Positions 47,027 through 58,008 are shown, counted from the first letter of the stretch. The stretch: 64,000 nt of DNA from Desulfosudaceae bacterium (GCA_963674745.2 CAXXDV010000001.1:544001-608000), one strand, 5' to 3'. Notes: generated from the letters alone by a model not told the origin. Program-made: numbers and translations.

Positions 47027-48123
47027 ACATAAGGTGAGGGGAAAAACAACACCGTATAAAGATGCATGGCGTATTCATCGGTAATACTGGCGATAAAATC
47101 GCAAACCTTCCGGTGCGCATCATCTTCGGTTTCCATCAGGGCACTCATCTCCATCTTGGCCATCTCTTTATACAGGACATCCGTGTGCTTAAAGAAAAAT
47201 TCATAGAGCTCGGACAATATCCGGCTGGATTTGACGAATTCATTATGGACCTGTGGGGAGCGGTAAACCTTTTCATACAAAAACTCCCTTAGTTCCGTCA
47301 TGGCCGCGAATACCTCATCACCAATGCGCAGCACAATTTTGTCCGGATTCTCCGTGCTGGAATAAATCACATCCTGGATCATGGTTGAGGCCCGTTCAGA
47401 ATGGTTTTTTCCCAGCACCCGGTTGCAGCTTTCGGGAACCTGGGCGCGTGTGATGACTTTGCTCCGGATGGCGTCATCAAGGTCATGATTCAAGTAGGCC
47501 ATGATATCGGCCACGCGCACGAGTTGGCCCTCGAGCGTAATGGCCATTCCCTCGGGATCATCATTAATTATATTTCCATACCCTTTGGAGTGTTTCAATA
47601 TTCCGTCCCGGACTTCCACCGTCAGATTCAGGCCCAGCCCATTGTTTTCCAGCTTTTCAACCACCCGCAAGCTCTGTACATTATGCGCAAAACCGTGGGG
47701 GCAGATTTCCTGAAGAACGGTCTCACCACTATGCCCGAAGGGTGTGTGTCCCAGATCATGCCCCAGGGCCACCGCCTCGGCCAGGTCTTCGTTCAGCCGC
47801 ATGGCCCGGGCAAGGGTCCTTGATATCTGGGCCACCTCCAGCGTATGCGTCAACCGGGTGCGATACTGATCGCCCAGAGGCGATAAAAACACCTGGGTCT
47901 TGTGATTCAATCGCCTGAACGCGTTGGAAAAAACAATTCGATCCCGATCCTGCTGAAAAGCCGTACAAATCGGATTTTGCGGTTCTTCAAAATCACGTTT
48001 CCGCATACTGGCGCTTAAGCATCCATGTTGCGAAATTAAAGTCTCTTCCCTTTTTTCAAATTCCTTCCGGAGCTTCACACCATTCCCCTGATCGCTTTTT
48101 TTAATCTGACTTTTTTGTAACAT
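47023..48123 (-). CDS. dgt: dGTP triphosphohydrolase-like HD protein
   Basis: DRDRIV.S.AFRRL.HKTQVF, RTRLTHTLEV, GHDLGHTPFGH, ADIMAY..HDLDD. Start probably GTG 48078. Confidence 0.9.
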   Translation of the reverse strand: MLQKSQIKKSDQGNGVKLRKEFEKREETLISQHGCLSASMRKRDFEEPQNPICTAFQQDRDRIVFSNAFRRLNHKTQVFLSPLGDQYRTRLTHTLEVAQISRTLARAMRLNEDLAEAVALGHDLGHTPFGHSGETVLQEICPHGFAHNVQSLRVVEKLENNGLGLNLTVEVRDGILKHSKGYGNIINDDPEGMAITLEGQLVRVADIMAYLNHDLDDAIRSKVITRAQVPESCNRVLGKNHSERASTMIQDVIYSSTENPDKIVLRIGDEVFAAMTELREFLYEKVYRSPQVHNEFVKSSRILSELYEFFFKHTDVLYKEMAKMEMSALMETEDDAHRKVCDFIASITDEYAMHLYTVLFFPSPYV

Positions 48124-48223
48124 TATATTTTTGAAAGCTTATTCGATTTTTAGAGCCCAAAAACCATATTCAAATAAAAAGCGCTTTTTGACAAGAGTAA
48201 TTTAAAGGTTTAATAATAGAAAA

Positions 48224-48733
48224 ATGATACCGACACTTCACGAACAATATATGGCCATCGCCATCGAACAGGCTCAGGCGGCACTTGAAAACGGCGAGTT
48301 TCCGGTAGGATGTGTTATTACCGACGGAAAATCCGTTCTGGCGACCGGCGCCCGGGCCGGTTCCCGGAGCGAGGTCCCAAGTGAAACCGATCACGCCGAA
48401 ATGCTGGCCTTAAAGGCCCTGACGACTTTGGACAGTTCCATTGACCGACGGACATTGACAATTTACACCACCCTGGAACCCTGCCTGATGTGCTTCGGCG
48501 CCATCCTTATTCATGACATCAACACCATTGTTTATGCCTGTGAAGATGCCATGGGCGGAGGTACCGGTTGCGACCTGACCACCCTGCCCGGCTTGTATCA
48601 TCACAAAAACCCGACCATTATTCCCGGCGTATTAAGAGAAAAAAGCCTGTCGCTTCTCAAAAATTTCTTTACCAACCCCGATAACCGTTATCTGCGGACG
48701 ACCCCCCTGGCCGCTTATATTTTAGAACAATAG
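48224..48733 (+). CDS. Zn-dependent nucleoside deaminase (TadA-like)
   Basis: GEFPVG, HAE, TLEPCLMC. Confidence 0.85.
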   Translation: MIPTLHEQYMAIAIEQAQAALENGEFPVGCVITDGKSVLATGARAGSRSEVPSETDHAEMLALKALTTLDSSIDRRTLTIYTTLEPCLMCFGAILIHDINTIVYACEDAMGGGTGCDLTTLPGLYHHKNPTIIPGVLREKSLSLLKNFFTNPDNRYLRTTPLAAYILEQ

Positions 48734-48746
48734 AAGCCGGTTTTAG

Positions 48747-48770
48747 GTAGGGGCACGGCGTGCCGTGCCC
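48747..48770 (+). repeat. GTAG-type REP palindrome
   Basis: GTAG-GGGCACGGC-GT-GCCGTGCCC. Confidence 0.65.
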
Positions 48771-48973
48771 GATTGCATTCAGTGTTTATGTGGTTAAGTG
48801 ATTACGTGATTATGTGGTTATGTAATCGGGTGGCGGAAGGCCTTAGCAACAAAGAAGTGGTTTCAGGGTGTTAAAGTTTTAGGTGTTAAGGTGATGGGGA
48901 ATAATATCCATTTTCTGGATTCCGGATCTTCAGGCTGTATCGTAATTCGTTATTCGGAAATCAGAACAAAAAT

Positions 48974-49061
48974 GGGTGCCACGGGCGAAGCGACAGCTTG
49001 CCTGTGTTCCCTGTAGCGATTTGACCAATCACGGGCAACCTTCGGTTGGCCCGTGGCACCC
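48974..49061. repeat. REP-doublet (REPIN-like) inverted element
   Basis: GGGTGCCACGGGC ... GCCCGTGGCACCC perfect 13-bp ends; each arm has its own CACGGGC/GCCYGTG hairpin. Confidence 0.6.
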
Positions 49062-49088
49062 GTTAAAGAGATATCCACCTAACCCCTT

Positions 49089-50249
49089 TTACGGAATCAA
49101 AGTGGCCAGATCAGACGCAATGGTTTCATGAAACAGCATCCCCCGGGTGGACAGGCGACATTGTCCGTCCGACAGGCACAGCTTGCCGGTTTGCTCATGT
49201 TCGGACAGCACCGGCGCGAACAGCGTCTTAAAGTCAACTGAAAACTCACGGTTAAACGCATCCAGATCAACACCTTCGGCCAAACGTAAGCCCAGGTAGA
49301 CCGCCTCCATCATCTGCTGATGGCGGGACAATTTTTCACCGGACAATCGCGGTGACCGGCCGGCTGAAAGCCTGTCAATATAATCCGGCACGCTCTTAAC
49401 GTTCCAGTATCTTTCGTGGCCCCGGCAGGAATGAGCGGACGGCCCCAGTCCCATATAATCAACCCGCCGCCAGTATTTGAGATTATGCCGCGAACGGGTT
49501 TCCCGTGTCCGGGTGAAGTTGGATATTTCATAATGCATATAACCGTTACGTGCCAGGACATCGGCTACGGTCATGAACATATCACCCAGCCTGGCCCCGG
49601 AAAGAGGCCGGAACTTTTTTTGCTGTAAAGATGCGGCCAGGGGTGTCCCGTTTTCAATGGTCAACATATAACAGGAAAGATGGTCGGGTGCCAGGGCCAC
49701 GGCCTGGTTTAAATCCGCCTCAAGATCGGCCCGAGTCTGACCGGGCAGACCGTAAATAATATCCAAACCGATATTATCAAATCCGGCAAAACGGGCTGCT
49801 TCGAACGCTTTTTTTGCCTGCCGGGTATTGTGAATTCGTCCCAGAAAAGCCAGTGAATCATCATTAAATGACTGGACGCCGATGCTGACACGATTCACCC
49901 CGGCCTGCCGCAACGATTTCAGCCAGTCCGAATTTACTGATTCAGGATTTGCCTCTACTGTAATTTCACTATCAATGCAAAATCTTGCGACCTCGTTCAA
50001 CCTGCCCACGAATTTAACAATTTGTTTTTCCTCAACAATTGAAGGAGTTCCACCGCCAATATGAAGAGAATCAAAAACAGCGTCTTTTTTCGACAAGGCG
50101 AAGACGGCTTCAGCCGCCAGGGCAGCCATAAAAGGAACGACCAGTTTTTCATCGGTTAGGGAAAAGAAATCGCAGTATGCGCATTTTTTACGGCAAAAGG
50201 GTATGTGGACATAAAGCCCGAAAGGTTGTTTCGTGGGAAAATAAGGCAT
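49089..50249 (-). CDS. hemW: Radical SAM heme chaperone HemW
   Basis: LYVHIPFC..KC.YCDF, GGGTPS, EANP, YEISNF, HN.KYW. Confidence 0.9.
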   Translation of the reverse strand: MPYFPTKQPFGLYVHIPFCRKKCAYCDFFSLTDEKLVVPFMAALAAEAVFALSKKDAVFDSLHIGGGTPSIVEEKQIVKFVGRLNEVARFCIDSEITVEANPESVNSDWLKSLRQAGVNRVSIGVQSFNDDSLAFLGRIHNTRQAKKAFEAARFAGFDNIGLDIIYGLPGQTRADLEADLNQAVALAPDHLSCYMLTIENGTPLAASLQQKKFRPLSGARLGDMFMTVADVLARNGYMHYEISNFTRTRETRSRHNLKYWRRVDYMGLGPSAHSCRGHERYWNVKSVPDYIDRLSAGRSPRLSGEKLSRHQQMMEAVYLGLRLAEGVDLDAFNREFSVDFKTLFAPVLSEHEQTGKLCLSDGQCRLSTRGMLFHETIASDLATLIP

Positions 50250-50251
50250 TA

Positions 50252-50794
50252 TCAGATATACGGCTCGACCAGGTCCAAACCCAGTTGAAAAGCCTTTTTA
50301 TTGGCGGCCAGAAAATCCGGCGGAACCCGGGTCGCGATCGTTTTTAATACAGCATCCCGGTTGACGATTTCGGTCAAGCCGACGACTGCACCCAGCATAC
50401 AGATATTCATGGTCACGGGCATACCGACTTTTTCAGATGCGGTTTCAGAAAAAGGCAAGCCGATCTGACGGGCGTCGACCTTTTTGAGCAATTTGATATT
50501 ATGTGATTCCGTTATAATCAGTCCGCCGGGACGAATGGCCATGGAATACTTGTTATACGCCTGCTGGGTCAGGCAGACCAGAACATTAGCACTGTTCACC
50601 TTGGGAAAATTAATGGTCTCATCGGAAATAATCACCTCGGACCGGGCTGCTCCACCCCTGGCTTCCGGTCCGTAGGACTGGGACTGGACCGCATTAAGGC
50701 CTTCATACATTACCGCTGTCTCCCCCAGGATCACCGCCGCCGTGATAACACCCTGACCACCGGAACCGGAAAAGATAAATCTGGTCCTGGACAT
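50252..50794 (-). CDS. korC: 2-oxoacid:ferredoxin oxidoreductase gamma subunit
   Basis: GSGGQGV, SYGPEARGG. Confidence 0.88.
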   Translation of the reverse strand: MSRTRFIFSGSGGQGVITAAVILGETAVMYEGLNAVQSQSYGPEARGGAARSEVIISDETINFPKVNSANVLVCLTQQAYNKYSMAIRPGGLIITESHNIKLLKKVDARQIGLPFSETASEKVGMPVTMNICMLGAVVGLTEIVNRDAVLKTIATRVPPDFLAANKKAFQLGLDLVEPYI

Positions 50795-50797
50795 GAT

Positions 50798-51598
50798 CTA
50801 TCGCCCCGTCTTCACTTTTTTTATTATTTTTTCATATTCACTGCAATATTCTTGAAGTGACTCTTCCACAAACACCCCGCGTGGGATTTTGCCGGTATCC
50901 GAATCTTTTTCCCGACCAAGCGCAACCGTATTTTCCTTAAAAGAGAGCATCATCTCCACCGCGTCACCGGCTTTGTTGCGACGCCCGAAATTGGTCGGGC
51001 ACTGGGACATGACATCCACCACCGAAAACCCTTTGTGCCGGATGGCCCGGATAAAAATGTCCTTCATTTCCTGAACATGATAGGTGGTGGTTCGCGCCAC
51101 AAATGTGGCGCCGGAAGCCGTGGCCATCTTGACCACGTCAAAGTCATGATCAATGTTGGTGTACGGCGAAGTCGTGGCTTTGATGCCATAACCGGACAAG
51201 GGTGAAAACTGCCCGCCGGTCATGCCGTAAATCCGGTTATTCATGACAATAGCCGTCATGTCTATGTTCCGGCGGCAGGCATGGATAAAGTGATTGCCGC
51301 CGATAGCCAGTGCGTCGCCGTCCCCCATGGGCACGATACAGGTCAATTCCGGCTGGCTCATCTTCACGCCCGTGGCAAAGGCCAGGGCACGGCCATGGAG
51401 GGTGTGCAGGGTATGAAAATCAACATATCCGGTCACCCTGGCCGAACACCCAATACCGGAAACCATGACAATATCATTCTTCTCCAGCTCCATCTCGTCG
51501 ATTGCCCGCAAAAGGCTGTTTAAGACAATCCCGTGCCCGCAACCCGGGCACCAGATGTGGGGAAAAAACCGTTCTCTGATATAATCCCGCACTGCCAT
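50798..51598 (-). CDS. korB: 2-oxoacid:ferredoxin oxidoreductase beta subunit (TPP-binding)
   Basis: WCPGCG, SGIGC, HGRA, GDGD..AIGGNH, NN.IYGMTGGQ; start at ATG 51598. Confidence 0.92.
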   Translation of the reverse strand: MAVRDYIRERFFPHIWCPGCGHGIVLNSLLRAIDEMELEKNDIVMVSGIGCSARVTGYVDFHTLHTLHGRALAFATGVKMSQPELTCIVPMGDGDALAIGGNHFIHACRRNIDMTAIVMNNRIYGMTGGQFSPLSGYGIKATTSPYTNIDHDFDVVKMATASGATFVARTTTYHVQEMKDIFIRAIRHKGFSVVDVMSQCPTNFGRRNKAGDAVEMMLSFKENTVALGREKDSDTGKIPRGVFVEESLQEYCSEYEKIIKKVKTGR

Positions 51599-51600
51599 GC

Positions 51601-52749
51601 CTACACCCCCCTGCCCTGAATCAGCCGCAGCATACTTCGGATATCGGTCGGTGTGATAAACACCCCGTCGAGCCGGTTCACCAGGTAAACCCGTTCCGGA
51701 TGATCCACGGCATCTTTGACTTCCTTTAATATCTGCCCCATGTTCATTTCGACCACAGCGACATATTCCGCTTCGGCGCACAGGCGACGGACAATTTCAT
51801 GGGGAAAGGGCCACAGTGTCTGAAGTTCCAGCAAGCCGTAACGCTCCCCCCGGCGACGGCGGTTTTCCACCAGATGAAGCGCGGAACGGGCGGAAGAACC
51901 GTAAGAGACCAGGACCATGGCAGCGTCATCCATGTAATAGGTTTTATAATGGGCCATACTGGAAACATTATTGTTGATCTTATCCGCCAGATGTCGCATC
52001 AGGCCATGGACGACGGCGGGATCGCTCGAGGGGAACCCCCACATATCGTGAAACAGACCGGTAACATTGTAGCGGTGGACACTACCGAAATCGGACATGG
52101 GCAGCCGGCCGTCCTCCCTGGGCAGGTAGGGATGAAAATCCACACCCTGCTTGACGGAAGTACGCAGCCGTTCCGTCACCACCAGCTCACCTCGTTCAGG
52201 CACCGACACCCGCTCCCGGGTATGTCCGGTCACCTCATCCAGCAGCAGGATGACCGGCGTTCGGTAAGTCTCGGCGATATTAAAGGCCTCGACCGTTATG
52301 GCAAACACGTCCTGGTTATTCGAGGCGGTCAGCGCCACAATGGCATGATCACCGTGTGTCCCCCAGCGGGCCTGGTTCACATCCCCCTGCATGGCATGGG
52401 TCGGCAGACCGGTAGACGGTCCGCCGCGCTGGACATTAACGATAACACAGGGAATTTCCGCCATAACGGCATAACCAAGGGCCTCCTGCATGAGCGAAAA
52501 ACCCGGGCCACTGGTCGCGGTCATCACTTTGTGGCCTGTCAAAGAAGCGCCGATGGCGGCGCACAAAGAAGCGATCTCGTCTTCCATCTGCAGGAACTTA
52601 CCGCCGATGGTCGGCAAAACAGAGGCCATGTATTCGGCAATTTCCGTGGACGGTGTAATGGGATAACCGGCAAAAAAATCCAGGCCCGCGTACAGGGCCG
52701 CCTGGGCACAGGCCTCATTGCCCTGGATAAATTTTATGTTATCGCTCAT
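51601..52749 (-). CDS. korA: 2-oxoacid:ferredoxin oxidoreductase alpha subunit
   Basis: GNEA, YPITPS, QMEDEIA, TSGPGFSL, QRGGPSTGLPT. Confidence 0.92.
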   Translation of the reverse strand: MSDNIKFIQGNEACAQAALYAGLDFFAGYPITPSTEIAEYMASVLPTIGGKFLQMEDEIASLCAAIGASLTGHKVMTATSGPGFSLMQEALGYAVMAEIPCVIVNVQRGGPSTGLPTHAMQGDVNQARWGTHGDHAIVALTASNNQDVFAITVEAFNIAETYRTPVILLLDEVTGHTRERVSVPERGELVVTERLRTSVKQGVDFHPYLPREDGRLPMSDFGSVHRYNVTGLFHDMWGFPSSDPAVVHGLMRHLADKINNNVSSMAHYKTYYMDDAAMVLVSYGSSARSALHLVENRRRRGERYGLLELQTLWPFPHEIVRRLCAEAEYVAVVEMNMGQILKEVKDAVDHPERVYLVNRLDGVFITPTDIRSMLRLIQGRGV

Positions 52750-52752
52750 GGC

Positions 52753-52965
52753 CTACTCTGCCTCCTGAACCGTAATGGCCAGATCCGGGCACCTGAACTC
52801 ACAAAGCCGGCATCCGATACATGCTTCCGGATGTTCGGCAAACGCTTTGCCATCCTCGTCCGCCGCCAGCACCTGTTTGGGGCAGAACCGGATACAGATG
52901 CCGCACCCCTTACACCAATCCCGCTCAATAATATGTGCAAATCTCTTTTCAGATGGTTTAGCCAT
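52753..52965 (-). CDS. korD: 2-oxoacid:ferredoxin oxidoreductase delta (ferredoxin) subunit
   Basis: CKGCGICIRFCP and CIGCRLCEFRCPD. Confidence 0.88.
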   Translation of the reverse strand: MAKPSEKRFAHIIERDWCKGCGICIRFCPKQVLAADEDGKAFAEHPEACIGCRLCEFRCPDLAITVQEAE

Positions 52966-53008
52966 AGTGTGAATTCTATACTTGTCTATACCCCGGGCTT
53001 TTCACGGG

Positions 53009-54172
53009 TCATATAAATCTGTTCATAGCCTCTTCAATCACGGATTCAACATTTTCCGGGGTAATGCCCACCTTGTCACACAAGGCCCTGGCCTGGCCCA
53101 TTCGTCCCGGATCATTCATGTCGTCCAGGCTGTGAAAAAAGGACAGCCTGCGGCCGACCTGATACAACGTCTGTTGCTCGGCTGACATGTCCAGAAAACG
53201 GCGAACCGGCGTCATCATTTTCTCCTTGTCATCCGGCAGCATACCGTCGACCTCCTCAAAAAGGTTCAACACATGGTCGCTTTTAACAGCAGAATGAATA
53301 CCCTCAAGACAATCCAGGAACAGGAGCAGCTCCCGGGCCATCTGGATGTCGGTACACTTTTTAAACCGACCGGCTTTATATTCATCATGCAGATCCAATC
53401 CCGGGGGGACGGCCAGGGTCCGCAGACGGATAAAATCCGGATCAATCTGGTTTAAGGCATCGGCGGTTTGCCGCGCGTGCTCTTCAGACAAATCCTGTCC
53501 GCCCAGACCGGGCATGACATATTCTGACAACTCAAACCCGGCCGCTTTTACTTTCCGGCCGGCTTTAACATGCTCGGCTTTGGTCACCCCTTTTTTAACC
53601 ATTTCAAGGACCCGGTCCGATCCTGACTCAAGCCCGATATGGATCCTGTCCAGACCCGCCTGCCGGATCTGTTCCAGCTTATCCTGGGGAATACGGCAGA
53701 TGGTATGCGACCGGGCATAAGACGTCACCCGTTCAATATTTGGAAAGCGTCCGGTGAGGTGCCGCAGGATATCAATCATATGATCCGGTTTGATGATCAG
53801 GCTGTTGGCATCCTGAATAAAAACCGATTGCATACCGTTGCCGAGCCAGTTGACGGCCGCCTGCAACGCCGGCTGCTGCCCGGCCGGAAAGGTTTCAGCT
53901 ACGTTATAAAAAGCTTCCCGGGAAATCATACCCTGGTGATCGGCAGCTTCCGAGAGCTTCTGGACGGCGTCATAAACCGCGTCAATATCGGCCTTGACAT
54001 GTTCGGGGTCGCGAAGGGAAAAACGGGTTCCTTTGTAAACCGGGCAGAACGTGCACCTGTTCCAGGGGCAGTTCCGCGTCACCCGAATCAGCAGGCTTTG
54101 GGCCTCACTGGGCGGCCGTATGGGCCCCTGCTCAAACCCCTGGTACGTTTTATCTTTTTTCTCTCCGGCCAT
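53009..54172 (-). CDS. Radical SAM protein
   Basis: IRPPSEA.SLLIRVT..CPWNRCTFC, IGLESG. Confidence 0.88.
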   Translation of the reverse strand: MAGEKKDKTYQGFEQGPIRPPSEAQSLLIRVTRNCPWNRCTFCPVYKGTRFSLRDPEHVKADIDAVYDAVQKLSEAADHQGMISREAFYNVAETFPAGQQPALQAAVNWLGNGMQSVFIQDANSLIIKPDHMIDILRHLTGRFPNIERVTSYARSHTICRIPQDKLEQIRQAGLDRIHIGLESGSDRVLEMVKKGVTKAEHVKAGRKVKAAGFELSEYVMPGLGGQDLSEEHARQTADALNQIDPDFIRLRTLAVPPGLDLHDEYKAGRFKKCTDIQMARELLLFLDCLEGIHSAVKSDHVLNLFEEVDGMLPDDKEKMMTPVRRFLDMSAEQQTLYQVGRRLSFFHSLDDMNDPGRMGQARALCDKVGITPENVESVIEEAMNRFI

Positions 54173-54298
54173 CTCCGCTTGTCCCCGATAAAATCGATTC
54201 TTTTAAAGATTATAACACACCGACACGTAAGATCAACAACCGCTTTTCAGGGGAATGGTACGGGGATTTCATCGTCAAACAACCCTGCGGAAACCCAT

Positions 54299-54330
54299 AA
54301 AAAAAGGGTTCACGAATATCGGAACCCTTT
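54299..54330 (-). terminator. Terminator after tRNA-Leu
   Basis: AAAGGGTTC/GAACCCTTT stem with a T-tract on the minus strand. Confidence 0.6.
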
Positions 54331-54340
54331 GATTGTTTTA

Positions 54341-54427
54341 TGGTGCCGGAGGACGGAGTCGAACCGTCACGAAGTTGCCTTCGGAGGATTTTGAGTCCTC
54401 TGCGTCTACCAGTTTCACCACTCCGGC
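54341..54427 (-). tRNA. tRNA-Leu(CAA)
   Basis: GCCGGAG acceptor stem, anticodon arm GAGGA-CTCAAAA-TCCTC, long variable arm, GTTCGA, encoded CCA. Confidence 0.97.
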
Positions 54428-54538
54428 ATCAGCTTGAACTTATAAAAAATCAGGGCCGGTTTGTCAACAGAATTACCTCACAAATTGCCCGGTTAATACC
54501 ATCGTTTGCAGGGAAGCATCATTTTTCATGAGCGCCGC

Positions 54539-55183
54539 TTAATGATTCAACGCGGCAAAAATCAGGTCCGCAGAAACAGCCCCCTCCCGCAAAACCCGGG
54601 GCGGTGAAACGGTAACATCCACCACCGTCGAACCCTGTCCGCCTTTCAGGCGGCCGGCATCAAGGATAAGATCGGGCGGTTCGAGCAGGGTTTCATTCAA
54701 CCCCTCGGTGGTTTCAAAACCGGGTTGTCCGGAAAGGTTGGCGCTGGTGCCGGTTATGGGATTGTCCAGTGCGTGGACCAGTGCCCTGGCCACAGGGTGA
54801 GCCGGTACACGGAGGCCGATCTTTCCCGTACCCGACGTCAGGTGTTCGGGTACGGTTCGGACGGCATCAAATATCAGTGTCACCATTCCCGGCCAGAAGC
54901 TATCCATCAGTAAACGGGCCGGGGGAGGAATTTCTGACACAAACGAAGATATCACATCCTGATTTTGAACCAGCAGAAGAATCGGGTTTCCCGCCGCACG
55001 TCCTTTCATGCGACGGATCTTATCCACCGCCGGCCGGATAAAAGCATCCGCCGCCAGGCCATACAGGGAGGTGGCCGGGAAAGCCACCACTCCTCCGGAT
55101 TCAATTATCCCGCAAGCGGTATCAATCAAATCCGAATCAGGCTGCAGAGCGTTGATAAGCTGAGTATTATGGCCGTGCTTCAT
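54539..55183 (-). CDS. tsaC: L-threonylcarbamoyladenylate synthase (YrdC/Sua5)
   Basis: VVAFP...YGLAAD, KGR, FWPG..T, LRVP, TSANLSG, STVVD, LREGA. Confidence 0.9.
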   Translation of the reverse strand: MKHGHNTQLINALQPDSDLIDTACGIIESGGVVAFPATSLYGLAADAFIRPAVDKIRRMKGRAAGNPILLLVQNQDVISSFVSEIPPPARLLMDSFWPGMVTLIFDAVRTVPEHLTSGTGKIGLRVPAHPVARALVHALDNPITGTSANLSGQPGFETTEGLNETLLEPPDLILDAGRLKGGQGSTVVDVTVSPPRVLREGAVSADLIFAALNH

Positions 55184-56942
55184 GCAGTTGTCTGTCTTTT
55201 TGTTCCACAGCGCGGATCATTTCTTTTTTGAAATCAGCCAGCTTGTCGGACAGTTTTTTGTCAGACACCGCCAGAATCTGAACAGCCAGCAGTCCGGCGT
55301 TTCTCGCCCCCGGCTTGCCGACCGCCACCGTCGCCACCGGGACGCCCGGCGGCATCTGCACCATGGAAAGCAACGCGTCCAGCCCGTTCAAGGGTGAGGC
55401 GTCAATCGGCACGCCGATGACCGGCAGGGTGGTATGGGCGGCCAGAGACCCTGCCAGGGCGGCAGCCATACCGGCCCCGGCGATAATAACATGAATCCCT
55501 CGCTGCCGTGCCTTTTCTGCCAGGTCAGCCACCTTTTCCGGTGTTCTGTGAGCGGAAGCAATGGTCATTTCGTAAGAAACGTCAAACCGTTTGAGCATTC
55601 CGGCCGCCTCCTCCATGACCGGCAGATCACTGTCACTGCCCAGCACGATCGTTACCCTCGGCTTCACCCCCACTCTTTTCAGGGCTTTGCCGCCGATATC
55701 CTTGCGGTAGAAAACACCCTCCCAGGATATCTTGGATACACCCGCGTAGGCCCGCGAAATTGCTTTTTCCACCGTATCCCCCAGCGCGGTAATACCAAGG
55801 ACACGCCCCCCGTCTGTCAACACCTGCCGGCCTTTACTTCGGGTTCCGGAATGAAAGGTGACCACATCTTTCATGCGGCTGGCGTTTCCAAGGCCTGAAA
55901 TAGGAAGCCCTTTCTTATACTGCCCCGGATATCCGCCGGCCGTCATGACCACGCATACGGCCGCCCGCTCATCAACTTCAAGCGTACACTCGTGGAGGCT
56001 TTCGTTGCAGACCGCTTCCATTACCGGCACAATGTCGCTCTTTAACCGCATCATCAACGGCTGAGCCTCGGGGTCACCGAAACGCACATTGAATTCCAGA
56101 ACATGGATCCTGTCTTCATCGACCATCAAACCGGCATAAAGCACGCCCTTGAATCGGATACCCTCTGAAGCCATGGCCTTTACCGTGGGCAGCATGACCG
56201 TTTCCATAATTTTGCGGTGAAGGTATTCGTCCACGATCGGTGCCGGTGAATAAGCACCCATGCCCCCGGTATTCGGCCCCTGATCACCGTCAAAAACCGT
56301 CTTATGATCCTGGGAACATGGCAGCGGGAGCACGGTCTCACCGTCTGTAAAAGCGAGAAAAGAGATCTCTTCTCCGCTCAGACGCTCTTCGATGATCACC
56401 CGGCTTCCGGCATCCCCGAACACTTTTTCTTTCATGATCTGCTTTAAGGCATCCACCGCCTGTTTTTGAGAATCACAGACAAAAACCCCCTTGCCCGCGG
56501 CCAACCCGTCGGCCTTGATGACAACTTTCGGACCGGTTTCACTGACAAAGGCGCGGGCCTCCTCAAAAACATCAAAGGACCGCCCCCGGGCAGTGGGGAT
56601 ACCATATTTCAACATGATATTCTTGGCAAAGGCCTTGCTGGTTTCCAACCGTGCGGCTTGCCGGCTGGCACCAAAAATTCGCAGCCCCTGTTCCTCAAAA
56701 CGATCCACGATACCTTTTTCAAGCGGCAGCTCAGGCCCCACAACCGTCAAGTCCACGGATTCTTCAACAGCAAATTCCAGCAGGCTGTCGACATCATCCG
56801 CTTGAATAGGGACACATTCCGCAAGACCGGCGATCCCCGCATTACCTGGCGCGCAATAAATCTTTTCCACCCTCGGGCTCTGGGATATCTTCCATACCAG
56901 GCTGTGTTCCCTGCCGCCGCCGCCGATAACCAGAATTTTCAT
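55167..56942 (-). CDS. purD: Phosphoribosylamine-glycine ligase fused to N5-CAIR mutase (PurD-PurE)
   Basis: [26 protein letters not shown], then [22 protein letters not shown]. Confidence 0.95.
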   Translation of the reverse strand: MKILVIGGGGREHSLVWKISQSPRVEKIYCAPGNAGIAGLAECVPIQADDVDSLLEFAVEESVDLTVVGPELPLEKGIVDRFEEQGLRIFGASRQAARLETSKAFAKNIMLKYGIPTARGRSFDVFEEARAFVSETGPKVVIKADGLAAGKGVFVCDSQKQAVDALKQIMKEKVFGDAGSRVIIEERLSGEEISFLAFTDGETVLPLPCSQDHKTVFDGDQGPNTGGMGAYSPAPIVDEYLHRKIMETVMLPTVKAMASEGIRFKGVLYAGLMVDEDRIHVLEFNVRFGDPEAQPLMMRLKSDIVPVMEAVCNESLHECTLEVDERAAVCVVMTAGGYPGQYKKGLPISGLGNASRMKDVVTFHSGTRSKGRQVLTDGGRVLGITALGDTVEKAISRAYAGVSKISWEGVFYRKDIGGKALKRVGVKPRVTIVLGSDSDLPVMEEAAGMLKRFDVSYEMTIASAHRTPEKVADLAEKARQRGIHVIIAGAGMAAALAGSLAAHTTLPVIGVPIDASPLNGLDALLSMVQMPPGVPVATVAVGKPGARNAGLLAVQILAVSDKKLSDKLADFKKEMIRAVEQKDRQLHEARP

Positions 56943-57027
56943 GAGCTATCTCCTGATTTATGTTAGTATTCTTGTGTTTATTTTGCTGTCTTTGTTTGCC
57001 CTGCCGTCATATGGCTAAGGGATGATG

Positions 57028-57972
57028 TCATGATGTTTTCTCCAGGCTGAAAGCGATTAACCTGTCCAGAAGTTCGGCAAATGATATGCCGGCGGTTCCG
57101 GCGGCCAGGGGCAGAAGGCTGGTAGGCACCATACCCGGTATGGTGTTTGTCTCTAACACAAACAAATCATCCCCCCTGGCAATCATGTCGGTCCGGCTGT
57201 ATCCTTTGCAACACAAAGCCGTGTGGGCACGACAGGCATAGGCCTGAACCTTTTCCGTAAGCTTCCGGTCAATTTCGGCAGGGCAGATCTCCCTGGTGGC
57301 ACCGGGGGTATATTTGGCGGTATAATCAAAAAATCGGAACTCTTTTCCGGGGATGATTTCAACCACCGGCAATGGCTCAATTACCTCGTTGCCAAGCACG
57401 CCGCCGGTCAGTTCAATCCCCTCGATATACGCCTCGACCAGAACCGTGGCGTCATGAACCCGGGCCGCGTCAATGGCCGGCTGCAGATCTGCGGCCTCCG
57501 ATACAATGGACATCCCGATACTTGATCCGCCATTGGCGGGCTTGACCACGACGGGTTCCCCCTTCCCCGCCCACCGTCTCAGCCACTCTTCCAGACCGTC
57601 CTGCCGGCCTTTATCGATGACAAAATAGGGCGGCACCTCCAGCGCGGCCTGCTCATAAATACGCTTTGAAATCAGTTTATTGGCAGCCAAAGCACTGCCG
57701 AGCACGCCGGAACACTGATAAGGAATCCCCAAAAGGTCCAGCAAGCCCTGAATGGACCCATCTTCCCCGAAACGGCCGTGAAGGTTCACAAACGCAGTAT
57801 CAATCCGCCCCGCGTCCTGAATCAGTCGGCTGATATCGTTTTGGGGATCATATCTTAAAACAGTATATTTATTTTTATCCAGGGCGGAAAAAATCTGATC
57901 ACCGCCGGCAAGCGAGACCGCTCTTTCAGAAGATGTACCACCGGAAATCAGGGCTACGACAATTTTGGACAT
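57028..57972 (-). CDS. ddl: D-alanine--D-alanine ligase
   Basis: GG.SSER.VSL, LHGRFGEDG, VKP..GGSSIG, FFDY.AKY, LE.NTIPG. Confidence 0.95.
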   Translation of the reverse strand: MSKIVVALISGGTSSERAVSLAGGDQIFSALDKNKYTVLRYDPQNDISRLIQDAGRIDTAFVNLHGRFGEDGSIQGLLDLLGIPYQCSGVLGSALAANKLISKRIYEQAALEVPPYFVIDKGRQDGLEEWLRRWAGKGEPVVVKPANGGSSIGMSIVSEAADLQPAIDAARVHDATVLVEAYIEGIELTGGVLGNEVIEPLPVVEIIPGKEFRFFDYTAKYTPGATREICPAEIDRKLTEKVQAYACRAHTALCCKGYSRTDMIARGDDLFVLETNTIPGMVPTSLLPLAAGTAGISFAELLDRLIAFSLEKTS

Positions 57973-58008
57973 AAGTCGCTCACTGTCTGTTTTGTTGAAT
58001 CAAGCGGA

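Noticed and set aside
51799..53016. 405-aa plus-strand ORF and similar long antisense ORFs
   Set aside because: They overlap well-supported genes on the opposite strand and show no motifs.
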